Positions 1-11,031 of a stretch of 64,000 nucleotides of DNA are shown piece by piece. Below the pieces are notes generated by a model, which saw only the letters and a program-made list of their open reading frames with translations, made no database searches and was not told where the DNA came from. This DNA comes from a virus. How positions within the stretch are numbered: the stretch's first letter is position 1; each line of letters opens with the position of its first letter. Location: positions 1 through 64,000 of IMG/VR virus record IMGVR_UViG_3300028045_000008. One strand, given 5' to 3'. Both the position numbers and the translations under genes were made by a program.

Positions 1-2
1 GG

Positions 3-557
3 GTTTTTTCTGACGGAACCTTCTTGGATATAATCAGTGACTCACTTTTGTTGGATATTTCCGAACTTAATACCGAATTTGATGTTGAGAACTTCGAGAT
101 CGAGGTGTTCAAAGTGGAAAATAGCAAGCTACCAGGAACTAATAATCCAAATATAAGCACTCTAAATCAGCTTTTCTTCGAGAAAAGAGAAGAACAGGTG
201 CAAAACAATATTTTAATTTCAGATCGCCCAGATGATAAACTGATACCTACTGATCCAACATATGTGGAATACTACTTTGATGTGTTTTTAGATAACGAAA
301 TTGATGAAAACACAATTTGTGCTGCAATAAGCAATTTAAAATCAAATGGCATCTATGTCGACACCGATTTTGAGTGTCCTGAATCGCCATTTGTGGCCAC
401 CGCGATTAATCCTTATCTTGACCAGACAGATGCGACACTGGTTGTATGTAATGACGATGATATTGACAGCCCTCCCCGCGCCTCGATCGTTCAATCCGGA
501 GTATTCTCGACCGTACCAATTAAAGAATCCGATAATAGCGAGGGCGAAAATGACTAA
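3..557 (+). CDS. 5'-truncated hypothetical acidic protein (gene begins before the window)
   Basis: Frame of the 24..557 ORF is open back to the window start; no RBS before TTG at 24. Confidence 0.6.
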   Translation, partial: VFSDGTFLDIISDSLLLDISELNTEFDVENFEIEVFKVENSKLPGTNNPNISTLNQLFFEKREEQVQNNILISDRPDDKLIPTDPTYVEYYFDVFLDNEIDENTICAAISNLKSNGIYVDTDFECPESPFVATAINPYLDQTDATLVVCNDDDIDSPPRASIVQSGVFSTVPIKESDNSEGEND

Positions 558-586
558 AGACTATTTATACAATAAGGCGATGATAA

Positions 587-3500
587 ATGGCTATTAATGT
601 TAATACAAAAGATCTTTCTGGTAACATCCTTCCTACTGTTTATATATCGGAGATTGCTGTACGCACGGCAAAGATATCCAAGTTTAAACCTCAAGAAATT
701 GCTTCCGGCAACTTAAGATCCTCCGAAAAGACCAGCGTATCAAAAAAATCTATTCCTGGGAAACTTTTATCCACTGCAAATGTTAAGGTGACTGATACTC
801 CTAGTTCAAAATCTAGGCGCACATTCGATGGAAAGAGGAATACTTTGTCTGGATTGAGTGTGACGCTTTCTTTATCTATAAAGGATGTTGTCGAAAAAGA
901 TCAAGTTAGTACATGGCTCTTTAATAGTGATTTCACCAAATTCTTAAATATAAAAATAATACAAAGTACAGACCCCAGGCTAACAAAGAAGCTAGCCAAG
1001 GGAAATCTTAAGATTCTGAAAGACAGAAAGTTCAAAAGATATTATAAAGAAAAGATTTTATCAGTCCAGAAGGATAACTTAGAGAAAACCAGTAATAAAA
1101 CGGCGGATTTTGATCTAAAAGACTTTTCCAGTATCGTAACTGAGACCGGAGAGAGGGTATATGAGATCCCCTATGAAACCGAATTCACAATAAAGACGGC
1201 CAAGCCAAAGCATTTGGCATATTTCGCGTTCGTCTATGTTGACACGCGCCAGATGGCGAGATTTTATGGAATGGACTCAATCGGGATAAAATCGAAGCCC
1301 ATAAGAGGCCTCATGTCCGCAGAAGGAGTTATAAATAGGGGAGAGGTAAATACGAATACTTTTGTATTTTATTTGACAGAAACAAATCAAATCTGGGCCG
1401 GCCCAAAGCACAAAAGTGGTGGCAAATGGATGACTGGCAAGAGAGGCGATCCTCTCACCAAAGAACTGAGAAAAGAAGAAGTGACAAACAAAAAGATAAA
1501 TGATTATAGAGAAGTCAATGAGCTACAAAAAAATGATTTGATATTGAAAGCTGCTCTGAGGCAGGTCCAGAGGCTACAAAAAACTCAGTTAAACCGTGAT
1601 CGGGTCTCCTACGATGCTCCTGATTCATATATCTCAGCAGGGATAGTTTCTCCAAAACCAAGCGGAGAGGTTAATTTATTGTTTCATGTAGATATAAGAA
1701 AGCTAGTCAGAACTCAAAGCGCCTTTGGGAATATATTTGATCTAACTTCAAACAAAAGGGCGAAGGAAGAAATATATTTGTTATCAAATATCAAGACGAT
1801 GAAGATCCTGCGCCGCCGCGTTAAAAATGTCGAAGCGATTAATAGGCTCGGAACCACGGTATACTCAAATATCTTCGATTCATCTAGGGAGATAATAAAA
1901 ACCATAGTATATTCCGCTGATGAAGAGGGCGCACTAAAGAAGCGGCAAAGTGATCACGGTGGAATTCGTGAAATAGGAAATGTAGCGTTCTCTTCTGGCG
2001 TTCGAACCTTTACTGTAACTGATGACAGCATTTCTGATGTGACCGATGGAACATATCAATACGGCGTTTATATGGAGGTTGAAGATGGGACTGTTAAATT
2101 CTTAAATAAGCAGTTATCTAGAATGATTTCTGCCAACGATAGGCTGCGATTATATTATACTGACGCTTTAAATCCGAGATATTTAAAAGAAGACGGGAAG
2201 TTCAAGGATATATTTGCAAAAAGATACAAGAACTTGGCCAGATCATCGAACCAGATCGTTCCATGGGTTAGGGCAATCGCGACGTTCATCGATGTATATT
2301 CCTCCATCACAAACTTAAAACAATCCCCAAAAAAGCTAGCCAAAAAACTCAATTCGATGACGAACGCGGAGACTGGCAGTGCCACTGGGATATCAGCCCT
2401 GATAGCCTTGATGGATGAGGTAACTAATAAACTGGATGCAACTCTGGGAACAAAAAAGAGCCCAAGACAGTCGTCCTATCTAACATCAAAGAAGCAGGGC
2501 TCGCAACAATACAAAGTCTCGGTCATGACAATCGATAAATACTTCAGAGATCTTCATGATAGTGATATGATAAAGAATGTGGGCTTGGATTTTGTCGGAC
2601 GCCCCGGTATCGAGGATGTAGGAGTGAAAGCTCTTCTGGTAGATGATTTTTTTGGAAGAATCAAAGAGGAAAACTCGATATACTGGAAAGAAAGCGACAT
2701 TTCCACGGTTGGAAACAAGCTATCTTTAGAATTCCAGGATACTGTAAAGGTACCCAGCGATAAAAGGGAGTTGTTTAACTTATCAGAGACGGAGATGACC
2801 TTTCTCACCCCTTCTACGATCAGGGGTGGCAGTTATGCTATCGATCGCCTGAATGTCGGAAAATCAAATTGGGATTCTAGAAAGTATAGTGCTATGGCAA
2901 GCAACTTAGTAGCCACAAAGAGTGGAAACTTTATCAATAAAAATCAGAAAATTAACCCGACAAAGTTGGAAACCGAGAAAAACATAAAAGATTCTCCAAA
3001 TAATGGTTTAAGGAGTCAAGTTCAGAACAATTCTATGTCCAGTATCCTGGCACAGATGGGGGTGACGATTGTAGACCCTTCAGAGGTCGACCGCCGCAAG
3101 ACCCCACCAGTATCTATTCCAGTATCGGTACCGCCTCCGGGCGGAAAGCCCCCGACTTCTCTAGCCGGCGCCCAGAATAAGGGCGCCTCTCTGGACTTTA
3201 CCGTGAATACTAAGCCAGTTGGCCAGTCCGCACTTCAGTCTTTGACTGATTGTGATGGCAATCCAATACCATCAAACGCTATTTTCGATGATAGTGACCC
3301 CGCTGTGTATGTTACGAGCGAGGATGCTGATGTCGAAGTGGAGAGAATTGCGAGAAGAAAAAGAAAAGATAATAAAAAGATTCTTGATGAGACGAAGGCG
3401 GCTCTAGGGAATGTTTTTGCGAACAGAGCCGCCGCCACAGGCGCTATAAATCGACAGAGGTCACAAAGAAAATCTTTACAACGAAAAAAGAGAGTAAAAA

Positions 3501-4615
3501 CCTCATCTGTTTCTGATTATGAACTGGGTGGAATTAGGAATTTGGTTGACAATATCAGAAAATCTCCATTAAAGAAGGGTGATTTTGAGAAGATTCCAAA
3601 CCAAATAAGATCCCTAATGTTTTCGGAAAGCGATCAAGTAAACAATAATTTTCTAGATATGGAACAAGATCCAATGAGAAGCCCAGAAACATCTCAGATG
3701 ATGAGGTATAACTTCGATACTTTTGGAAAAATAGAAGCATTCATAGGATTCACTAAGGACTCTGAAGGTAATAACATTATTAATAAGCCAAAATTCGTCC
3801 CCCTGAAAAAGCGCCTTCTAGATCGCGCAAAATCGGGCGTTATTCTGTGCAGAATACAAAATTATGAGAATAAACAACTCAAGATAGGCCAAAATAGCGC
3901 CTTGAACATGAGGATTTATGATAACTGCTTCTTGATGTCGACCAAACAACTCTCATTGTTGCTCGTAAAGAAGAGAAAAATAGAAACAAAGATAAAAATA
4001 GCAAGAAAAAGAGAAGAGATCGATGCCGCCAAGAGAAAAGCGGCACTCGCAGCCTCTATGGCCGCGTCAAACAAACAAGAAATAAAAGAAACATCATTTA
4101 TAGATGATGAAATCGAGATAGTTTTGGTTGAGGAAGTCAAAAAAGGTGGCGAAACGGTCGCCGAATTCGAGATTGACGCTGCTACTGCTTCCGGTGTCCT
4201 AAGAGATAAAGAAAAAAAGAAGAAAAGAGTGAAAAAAATATCAAAAGGCGATGGATCAGTTACAATTGAGGTTGAAGCGGACATTGTCGAGGCAGATATT
4301 GAAAATCTAGTTGACTCCATCTCTGATCCGGACCTGGTTGATACAGTTCGTGGAGATTTTTCCGATTCTGGGTCCTCAAAGGAAGATAGTCAGCAAAACT
4401 CACTCGGTAATCTATTTTCTTCCAACAAAGAAGAAAAAGAAGAGGAAAAAGATACATTAACTTTGGGCGATATCGCAGGCCCCTCAATCGAGGAACAGAT
4501 CTTACAAGATTTGGATAAATCCGAACTACTACCAAGCATTGGTGACTATTCTGAATCAATAGTCGTAGAAGAGGAAGAAGCCGAAGAGCCGTTCTCTTTT
4601 GGTTTTTTAAAATAA
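587..4615 (+). CDS. Large hypothetical protein (1342 aa), probably virion-associated; basic body, acidic C-terminus
   Basis: Long ORF; CTATTTA motif at 561; no recognisable family motif. Confidence 0.6.
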   Translation: MAINVNTKDLSGNILPTVYISEIAVRTAKISKFKPQEIASGNLRSSEKTSVSKKSIPGKLLSTANVKVTDTPSSKSRRTFDGKRNTLSGLSVTLSLSIKDVVEKDQVSTWLFNSDFTKFLNIKIIQSTDPRLTKKLAKGNLKILKDRKFKRYYKEKILSVQKDNLEKTSNKTADFDLKDFSSIVTETGERVYEIPYETEFTIKTAKPKHLAYFAFVYVDTRQMARFYGMDSIGIKSKPIRGLMSAEGVINRGEVNTNTFVFYLTETNQIWAGPKHKSGGKWMTGKRGDPLTKELRKEEVTNKKINDYREVNELQKNDLILKAALRQVQRLQKTQLNRDRVSYDAPDSYISAGIVSPKPSGEVNLLFHVDIRKLVRTQSAFGNIFDLTSNKRAKEEIYLLSNIKTMKILRRRVKNVEAINRLGTTVYSNIFDSSREIIKTIVYSADEEGALKKRQSDHGGIREIGNVAFSSGVRTFTVTDDSISDVTDGTYQYGVYMEVEDGTVKFLNKQLSRMISANDRLRLYYTDALNPRYLKEDGKFKDIFAKRYKNLARSSNQIVPWVRAIATFIDVYSSITNLKQSPKKLAKKLNSMTNAETGSATGISALIALMDEVTNKLDATLGTKKSPRQSSYLTSKKQGSQQYKVSVMTIDKYFRDLHDSDMIKNVGLDFVGRPGIEDVGVKALLVDDFFGRIKEENSIYWKESDISTVGNKLSLEFQDTVKVPSDKRELFNLSETEMTFLTPSTIRGGSYAIDRLNVGKSNWDSRKYSAMASNLVATKSGNFINKNQKINPTKLETEKNIKDSPNNGLRSQVQNNSMSSILAQMGVTIVDPSEVDRRKTPPVSIPVSVPPPGGKPPTSLAGAQNKGASLDFTVNTKPVGQSALQSLTDCDGNPIPSNAIFDDSDPAVYVTSEDADVEVERIARRKRKDNKKILDETKAALGNVFANRAAATGAINRQRSQRKSLQRKKRVKTSSVSDYELGGIRNLVDNIRKSPLKKGDFEKIPNQIRSLMFSESDQVNNNFLDMEQDPMRSPETSQMMRYNFDTFGKIEAFIGFTKDSEGNNIINKPKFVPLKKRLLDRAKSGVILCRIQNYENKQLKIGQNSALNMRIYDNCFLMSTKQLSLLLVKKRKIETKIKIARKREEIDAAKRKAALAASMAASNKQEIKETSFIDDEIEIVLVEEVKKGGETVAEFEIDAATASGVLRDKEKKKKRVKKISKGDGSVTIEVEADIVEADIENLVDSISDPDLVDTVRGDFSDSGSSKEDSQQNSLGNLFSSNKEEKEEEKDTLTLGDIAGPSIEEQILQDLDKSELLPSIGDYSESIVVEEEEAEEPFSFGFLK

Positions 4616-4642
4616 GCAGACATCTCTGAGGAAATAAATAAT

Positions 4643-7348
4643 ATGTCAAATTCCAAGAAAAATATATACATACTCACCGCAAATCAAGCCTCCTCAAGGG
4701 ATAAATTTAGGGAAGCCACGGGGAATTACTGGACAGTAATAGGAGAAGTTCCAGAATATGGAGATATGACATCGAGGATTGCCAAAATAGGCCCCGATCG
4801 TATAAGAGAGAAAAACAAGCCCAATACTGTGAAGAAAGACAAACTTTTAAGGATCATTCCAAGGAATCAGTATGTTGAGAAAACAAAAAATGCACCATTT
4901 TATGAAATAATCCATGAATTTGAGATATATTCTGATAAAGACATTTATGGGAATATCGATTCGTGGTCCCAATTCGTTAAAGACAACGTGAAGGTTGGAA
5001 AAAGATTCCAAGATTATTCAATCGAGATACATAATCCACTATCCGAGAACGAATTAGAGGGACAGAACTATAGCCCCTCTGCTATATTCGAAAAAGTCAA
5101 TTTTGATTACAACTATTATTCAGATATATACGAAGTCACCACAAACAATGCCAGATCTAAAGAAAATATCTTACCAAACCTGTATTTCTTTGCAGAAAGT
5201 CAAGATAACGAAGAAATGAACGAGGCTTTCGAAGCAATCACTGCTGGTGGCGCTCTTTCCGAGAATGATATCAAGGGTTTACGCCAATCAAGGCTCGAAT
5301 TCGCAAAACCATCATTTTTTGACGATTTCGGAAAAGCACAACGAGGAATTCCATCTAGCAAAAAGAAGAAGATGACAGAGAAGGCATCTAATATTATTTT
5401 CGAAACCAAAAGTGAAGAATTGCTCAAAAAGGCAGAGAGTATGTATTCTCTTTTCCCCATGGGTGTTGATATCCAGTTTATGTCGGATTTTATGAATGAG
5501 TTCACAGAGATTTTAGAGGATTCTAAACTGAGTACGTCGCTTTTGAGATATCTTTCAGAAATACCAAAGGAGCCATCCACTCCAGAATCAAAAAGGTTCT
5601 CGATTAAAAACTTGAGAATGAAGAGGTATTTCGAAAAAATAGGAAACCCACAGAACAGGAACCCTAAAGTTGAGATGGACTTCGAAAACATAACGGCGAA
5701 GGCGATCGATTTATTTTCTTGGTGGCAGAAAGTCTCCAAAGGAATAAAAACGAAGAAAGGGAAGACAACGGTCCTTGGGGATAAAGAGAAGGAGGGGATG
5801 TCAAAATTCGAGAGATTTTTATATTTGATGATCTTTTCTGGAAAACTCCAAACCATGATAAAGAAACACCAGAGAACTTATTTGGATATATCGGATGGCG
5901 ATCTTTCATATTCTGAGACATTTTGTTATAAAATAGAAAAATCACTAGAAAACGGCGCCCCCATACAAACTGTATGGCTCCCAAATACGAACGAGATAGA
6001 TCTCATAAGATATATTGACACACAAGTGAAATATAACAAGACATATAAATATAAGGTCACTGCTTATCAGATCGTAATGGGATCGGAGTATGAATACAAC
6101 AATCTACAATTTCCAGAAGAGTACAATGTCACTCCAAAGCGGAAAAAGAGGACAAAGCAGATTTCAAAGCCAGATGGGTCTGTGACTCTCGAAGTAGAGG
6201 CAGACATCACGCCTGCCGAAATAGAGATACCCTCCAATCTTCTATCTGGAGATCCTCAATCATCGTCACCCCTGGCGGCAAACACAAAACAGGTGAATCT
6301 GTCAAAAATCCCAGCACCTGGGGCCCAGAGCGTCCTCATAGACACCGGCGATTCAGACTTTGCTCAAAGAAAGTTCGAAGTCATGGTACCGTCACCAGAT
6401 GATACAGAAGTTTTTGGATTGAGTGATAAAAATAAATTTAATACAAAATATGCTAATAAACTATTCGTTCTGGCTGAAAAGAGGGAGAAAGTCAATGATG
6501 ATAAATACTTTAGAGCGACCATGGAAGTCCACGTCCGCCCGTCAATCAAGATAGTAGAACTTCCGTTTTTCGAGATCACTGGCAGAGTAATAGATGACCC
6601 TCCAGTACCTCCTCATGTGAATATTATTCCTTATCGTGGAATAAACAACAAGCTTTTGATAAATTTAAGTTCCAATGTTGGGAGGTATGATCTGCCTCCA
6701 ATATCATTTACTGGCGCAGAGCGTGAAATAGTAAGCGAGATTCGAGCAGCAAAGAGGCTCCCACCAGATAGTAATATAACATATAGCACAGATGATCCGG
6801 TTTCCTCATTCGAAGTATACCGGCTGTCGACACCGCCACAAACAATAGAAGACTTCGCTGGAAACCTCAGATCGGTATTAGAGACTGACATAGACGCGGC
6901 AACTGCACAAAAAGCATCCTCCGCATCAATTAAAGACTCTTTAACTCCGAACATGGATTATTATTACACTTTTAGATCAATCGACATACATGGAAAAAAA
7001 TCAAATCCAACAGAAGTATTTAGAGTTAAGATCATCGATAACGATGGTGCGGTGTATTCTATCATTGAGCATTATCAGATGAAAAAAAATAAACCACAAA
7101 AGCCAACAAAAAGAGGTAAAAAACTACTTAATATTGTTCCAAGATTTACTCAAACGTTAATTAACGAGAATAAGTCTAAAATGGGAGATGGATCTAGCGC
7201 ATTTAACGTGAAAAACGTAGTTTTGGGTCAGGAAGACCAGCCTTTATTTGGCGAAGGATTTAAAGTTAGACTCACTTCTATGAAGACAGGAAAGAAGATA
7301 GATATCAATATTAATTTTGATGTGGAGCTTGAGCAAAGACAAAAATAA
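4643..7348 (+). CDS. Large hypothetical protein (901 aa), probably virion-associated, possible FN3-like segments
   Basis: Long ORF with GAGGA RBS; YIDTQVKYNKTYKYKVTAY and LTPNMDYYYTFRSID resemble FN3 strands. Confidence 0.55.
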   Translation: MSNSKKNIYILTANQASSRDKFREATGNYWTVIGEVPEYGDMTSRIAKIGPDRIREKNKPNTVKKDKLLRIIPRNQYVEKTKNAPFYEIIHEFEIYSDKDIYGNIDSWSQFVKDNVKVGKRFQDYSIEIHNPLSENELEGQNYSPSAIFEKVNFDYNYYSDIYEVTTNNARSKENILPNLYFFAESQDNEEMNEAFEAITAGGALSENDIKGLRQSRLEFAKPSFFDDFGKAQRGIPSSKKKKMTEKASNIIFETKSEELLKKAESMYSLFPMGVDIQFMSDFMNEFTEILEDSKLSTSLLRYLSEIPKEPSTPESKRFSIKNLRMKRYFEKIGNPQNRNPKVEMDFENITAKAIDLFSWWQKVSKGIKTKKGKTTVLGDKEKEGMSKFERFLYLMIFSGKLQTMIKKHQRTYLDISDGDLSYSETFCYKIEKSLENGAPIQTVWLPNTNEIDLIRYIDTQVKYNKTYKYKVTAYQIVMGSEYEYNNLQFPEEYNVTPKRKKRTKQISKPDGSVTLEVEADITPAEIEIPSNLLSGDPQSSSPLAANTKQVNLSKIPAPGAQSVLIDTGDSDFAQRKFEVMVPSPDDTEVFGLSDKNKFNTKYANKLFVLAEKREKVNDDKYFRATMEVHVRPSIKIVELPFFEITGRVIDDPPVPPHVNIIPYRGINNKLLINLSSNVGRYDLPPISFTGAEREIVSEIRAAKRLPPDSNITYSTDDPVSSFEVYRLSTPPQTIEDFAGNLRSVLETDIDAATAQKASSASIKDSLTPNMDYYYTFRSIDIHGKKSNPTEVFRVKIIDNDGAVYSIIEHYQMKKNKPQKPTKRGKKLLNIVPRFTQTLINENKSKMGDGSSAFNVKNVVLGQEDQPLFGEGFKVRLTSMKTGKKIDININFDVELEQRQK

Positions 7349-7404
7349 AATAATTCTACAACTAGTTAAATTAAATACTAATTATAGAGTAAGGAAGGAA
7401 AAGA

Positions 7405-8346
7405 ATGGCTTTTTTAGATAACAGTGGAGACATAATCCTAGATGCGGTTTTAACCGACACAGGTCGCGCGCGCCTAGCAAAAGGCGACGGTACCTTTAAG
7501 ATTGCGAAGTTTGCCTTCGGAGACGATGAGATAAACTATAACAATTATGACAAAAATAATCCCAGTGGATCAGCTTATTATGATTTGCAAATATTGCAGA
7601 CGCCCGTATTGGAGGCTTTTACCAACAATACAGCTATGCTAAACTCAAAATTAATATCTATCCCTAGAACAAATCTCATTTATTTGCCAGATATAATCTT
7701 GAATGAGGTATATGGCGGCGGAGGATCTTCTACGGCCTCTCCCACCGCCATGAATGAAGATGCGAATGCATTTTACGTCGCCGTCGACGACGAAACTTTG
7801 ACCGAACTGGCCTCTGTTTCTGGAGTAGTAAACGGTGTTGATGGCTCTGGTGGGACCTATGTCCGCACAGATCAGGGATTGGACACAGATGAAGTGTCTC
7901 CCAAGAGAGAACTGGACGCGGACTTAGTCGAGACTCAGTATCTGATCGAAATGGATACTCGCTTGGGGGAAATTCTATCTATAGACGGAAATACTCTGGC
8001 ATCTATCTCATTCATCGACGATGATCAAATCGCAAGCTATTACTTGTCTCTCGGTACCGACTTGAAATTTGTTGGAGAAATAACGAACGACAAGCCGATT
8101 AGCGATGGCGCCCCTGGGCAAGTCATTCGCGGACCCCGAGGCACAAAGATGGAATTTAAAATCCAAGCAAGCCTAGATTTGAACACTAGCACCTTCTTAT
8201 TCACCCAGTTAGGTTCTACTGTTTCGATAGATACAGGTGGTGCCTCTCCGGTGAGCTTCAACTATATTGACTCGAATATTCGCGTGACTGGTGTTACGAC
8301 AGGAAACCGGATCGACATCCCAGTCAGATTCGTGAAATTAGCATAA
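7405..8346 (+). CDS. Putative virion structural protein (baseplate/tail-fibre attachment-like)
   Basis: N-terminal LTDTGRARLA...FAFGD resembles tail-collar fibre N-termini; CTAATTA motif at 7378. Confidence 0.5.
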   Translation: MAFLDNSGDIILDAVLTDTGRARLAKGDGTFKIAKFAFGDDEINYNNYDKNNPSGSAYYDLQILQTPVLEAFTNNTAMLNSKLISIPRTNLIYLPDIILNEVYGGGGSSTASPTAMNEDANAFYVAVDDETLTELASVSGVVNGVDGSGGTYVRTDQGLDTDEVSPKRELDADLVETQYLIEMDTRLGEILSIDGNTLASISFIDDDQIASYYLSLGTDLKFVGEITNDKPISDGAPGQVIRGPRGTKMEFKIQASLDLNTSTFLFTQLGSTVSIDTGGASPVSFNYIDSNIRVTGVTTGNRIDIPVRFVKLA

Positions 8347-8356
8347 GGAAAATAAA

Positions 8357-9319
8357 ATGGCAACAGTATTTAAAAATTTATTAAGCAACGACGTGGCGAC
8401 CACGAGAACGCTCCTGAACGAGGCGATTCCGATTACTGGTTCCATTGTGTCTGGAACATATATGGACGCAAATATTAAAAATTATGCACACGAAATGTTC
8501 CAAAGTGTTTATGACTATCCTTATTTGTCTTCCTCAGCAAATCACATCTTCGACATTTCCTATGGATATACGACAGGCTCCTCTTCTGATGTTCAGCATG
8601 AAAAGAAGATGAATATCTACAATCAGATGGCGCAAGTTTTGGTTGGATATAGTCCAGCCGGAAATATCAGAAAATTTGATCAAGATGGCAGTTTTACTGG
8701 CGGAACCAAACATAAGGATTGTGTATTTATCAACTATTCGAGATTGCTTGTCAAAGACGAGATCAAGAAAGGATCCTACACACTAACTGTTAATAGTGGA
8801 TCATCACAGATCACCCTAGCTGATCATGGTGCCCAGAATGATTACAGAGTTAACTCTCCCACAGGAGAGTATGGAATCCTGTATACATCTTCGTTAGCAT
8901 CGCCAGGTACCGGAGTCGGCCTTGTTTATTATCAGGCTGGTGTGGCTGTCATCACGGCATCGTCCGATATCTTCGAAAGCGGATCTAGCTATGCTGCGAC
9001 TTTCAATATTACCGGCGCCGCAGACGATGTCAGAAGGGTTTGGGAAAATAATGAGTTGAATAATACTACAGAATTGAACTCAACAATCTACTTTTGTAGA
9101 GCCAACAACAACGAGTTTAACTACTCTTCCAACCAGACATATTTGCAAGATAGTAAAATTGTGACGAAGAACGTATCTTCAGACCCATCTGTTGCTTATA
9201 TTACTACGGTTGGCCTTTATTCCGCAGACAATGAGCTTCTAGCAGTTGCGAAATTGAGTGAACCACTCAGAAAGGATCAAACTAACGAGCTTACGCTGCG
9301 AGTTCGCTTAGATTACTAG
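8357..9319 (+). CDS. Putative virion structural protein
   Basis: C-terminal ITTVGLYSADNELLAVAKLSEP..K motif typical of phage tail-collar/baseplate proteins. Confidence 0.55.
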   Translation: MATVFKNLLSNDVATTRTLLNEAIPITGSIVSGTYMDANIKNYAHEMFQSVYDYPYLSSSANHIFDISYGYTTGSSSDVQHEKKMNIYNQMAQVLVGYSPAGNIRKFDQDGSFTGGTKHKDCVFINYSRLLVKDEIKKGSYTLTVNSGSSQITLADHGAQNDYRVNSPTGEYGILYTSSLASPGTGVGLVYYQAGVAVITASSDIFESGSSYAATFNITGAADDVRRVWENNELNNTTELNSTIYFCRANNNEFNYSSNQTYLQDSKIVTKNVSSDPSVAYITTVGLYSADNELLAVAKLSEPLRKDQTNELTLRVRLDY

Positions 9320-9328
9320 AAAAATGAT

Positions 9329-10489
9329 ATGGCATTCAAGAAATTTAATGAAAATGATGTTTTCTATAACAGGATAAAAACATATCCAGATAATCATTTT
9401 GCCATATATGATGGGAAAGTCTATCGCCAGAGGGAGACAGAGATCTCTGGAGCCTTTGTGTCTAGTACACCGAACACTCCAACCGGCTTTGTTTCTCTAT
9501 ACGAGATGAATGTCGACAGGGCCGCTGATAGCACCGGGTTGATTTATCCGTTTGTTGTAAAGAATGGGACTTTGTCCAATTTTAATACAATATCGACCTC
9601 TGAATTTGGCTCCTTTTCTTATGGCGACACGATCAGTGGTTCATACCCCCTTACTGCTTCAATAAGCAGAGAATACTTTCAGCTTGGACAGTCCCGGCGC
9701 CACGTTGATGCTTTGTACAACACTTTAAATTATTACAATTATGTGAGCAAGCACTATGCGTTTAGCTCCAGCTTGGGAAACAAAGCTACCCAAGAACTGA
9801 ATTTGATTTCTATTCCTTCGATATTCTACGGATCTTCGATAAAGAAAGGATCAGTCGACCTAAAATATTATATTTCGGGATCTCTTATAGGTCAGGCAAG
9901 GGATATAAATAAAAATGGCGAGTTGATTCAGGTTGGGCCATCCGGAAGTGTTGGCTCTGGGTCTGTTGCTGGTGTTGTTCTATATACGGAGGGTTTCCTG
10001 GTCCTAACCGGCAGTTGGGATCTAGACCCCACCCCCAGGAGGTACCTCGGTGATCCAACAAATTTATCTTCCTCCTCTTGGCTTTTTTATGGGGTCGGAA
10101 CCAACGATAGTATTGGATCTGGCTGGATTCCGTTTGTCAATTATGAAATGGATTTTCAAGGAACAAACTATGTCCCAACGATTACTATGCTCGCTCACGC
10201 CCCAAAGGGCACCATGAACCACTCAAACAACCCGACTTACGTGAGGTATGGACAATCGCAAACTAATAACTCTTCCTCTAACTGGTTTATTGAGCCAGAA
10301 TTGGCGATAAAGAATACTACAGAGTCTCCGTATACGAATACAGAAGCACCATTTGAAAAAACGACTTACATTTCAAAAGTAGGCATATACGATGAAAACA
10401 GAAACCTCATTGGGATAGCTACCGTTTCAAAACCAGTGAAAAAAACAGAAAATAGGGATTACACCTTCAAACTAAAAATGGATTTTTAA
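9329..10489 (+). CDS. Putative virion structural protein, paralogous to upstream gene
   Basis: C-terminal ISKVGIYDENRNLIGIATVSKP..K; shared N.S.N.TY motif. Confidence 0.55.
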   Translation: MAFKKFNENDVFYNRIKTYPDNHFAIYDGKVYRQRETEISGAFVSSTPNTPTGFVSLYEMNVDRAADSTGLIYPFVVKNGTLSNFNTISTSEFGSFSYGDTISGSYPLTASISREYFQLGQSRRHVDALYNTLNYYNYVSKHYAFSSSLGNKATQELNLISIPSIFYGSSIKKGSVDLKYYISGSLIGQARDINKNGELIQVGPSGSVGSGSVAGVVLYTEGFLVLTGSWDLDPTPRRYLGDPTNLSSSSWLFYGVGTNDSIGSGWIPFVNYEMDFQGTNYVPTITMLAHAPKGTMNHSNNPTYVRYGQSQTNNSSSNWFIEPELAIKNTTESPYTNTEAPFEKTTYISKVGIYDENRNLIGIATVSKPVKKTENRDYTFKLKMDF

Positions 10490-11007
10490 TGATCTTAGGT
10501 CTTGATATCAGTACAAGTATCACGGGTATATGTGTGCTTGATGAAAATCGCGAAATAGTATTTAATGATTATGTTGATACTAGAAAACTTAAATGCTTTT
10601 TTGACAAAACTGAGAAAGTAAGGGATACACTTAGGGAACTATCAAAAGTGTATCCGATAGAACACATCTACGTGGAGCAATCACTCCAGTCTTTCCGTAG
10701 CGGATTTTCTTCTGCTAAGACTTTGTCCACCCTGTCTCGCTTCAACGGCGTAGTATCCTGGCTATGTTATGAAATTTGGAAAGTAAAGCCAGAATATGTA
10801 GCAGCCATTTCTGCAAGAAAGCTCTGTGGGATAAAGATTCCCAGGGGCGAGAAAGCAAAGGAGGTTGTTATTAAATATCTCCTTGACAACGAAGCATCTT
10901 TTGTGGTAGAATATACAAGACATGGGAACGTTAAGCAGCACTATTATGATATGGCAGATTCGATTGTCATAGCGAGAGCGGCTTCAAAAATAATGCTTGA
11001 CAAATAG
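10489..11007 (+). CDS. RuvC-like Holliday junction resolvase
   Basis: ILGLDIS, HIYVEQ and DMADS acidic motifs of the RuvC/RNase H fold. Confidence 0.75.
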   Translation: MILGLDISTSITGICVLDENREIVFNDYVDTRKLKCFFDKTEKVRDTLRELSKVYPIEHIYVEQSLQSFRSGFSSAKTLSTLSRFNGVVSWLCYEIWKVKPEYVAAISARKLCGIKIPRGEKAKEVVIKYLLDNEASFVVEYTRHGNVKQHYYDMADSIVIARAASKIMLDK

Positions 11008-11025
11008 TTCATCCAATGTTATACT
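10997..11025 (+). promoter_or_regulatory. sigma70-type promoter (extended -10) for primase
   Basis: TTGACA 10997-11002, 17 bp, TGnTATACT ending 11025; ATG follows after 6 nt. Confidence 0.75.
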
Positions 11026-11031
11026 ATAAAC

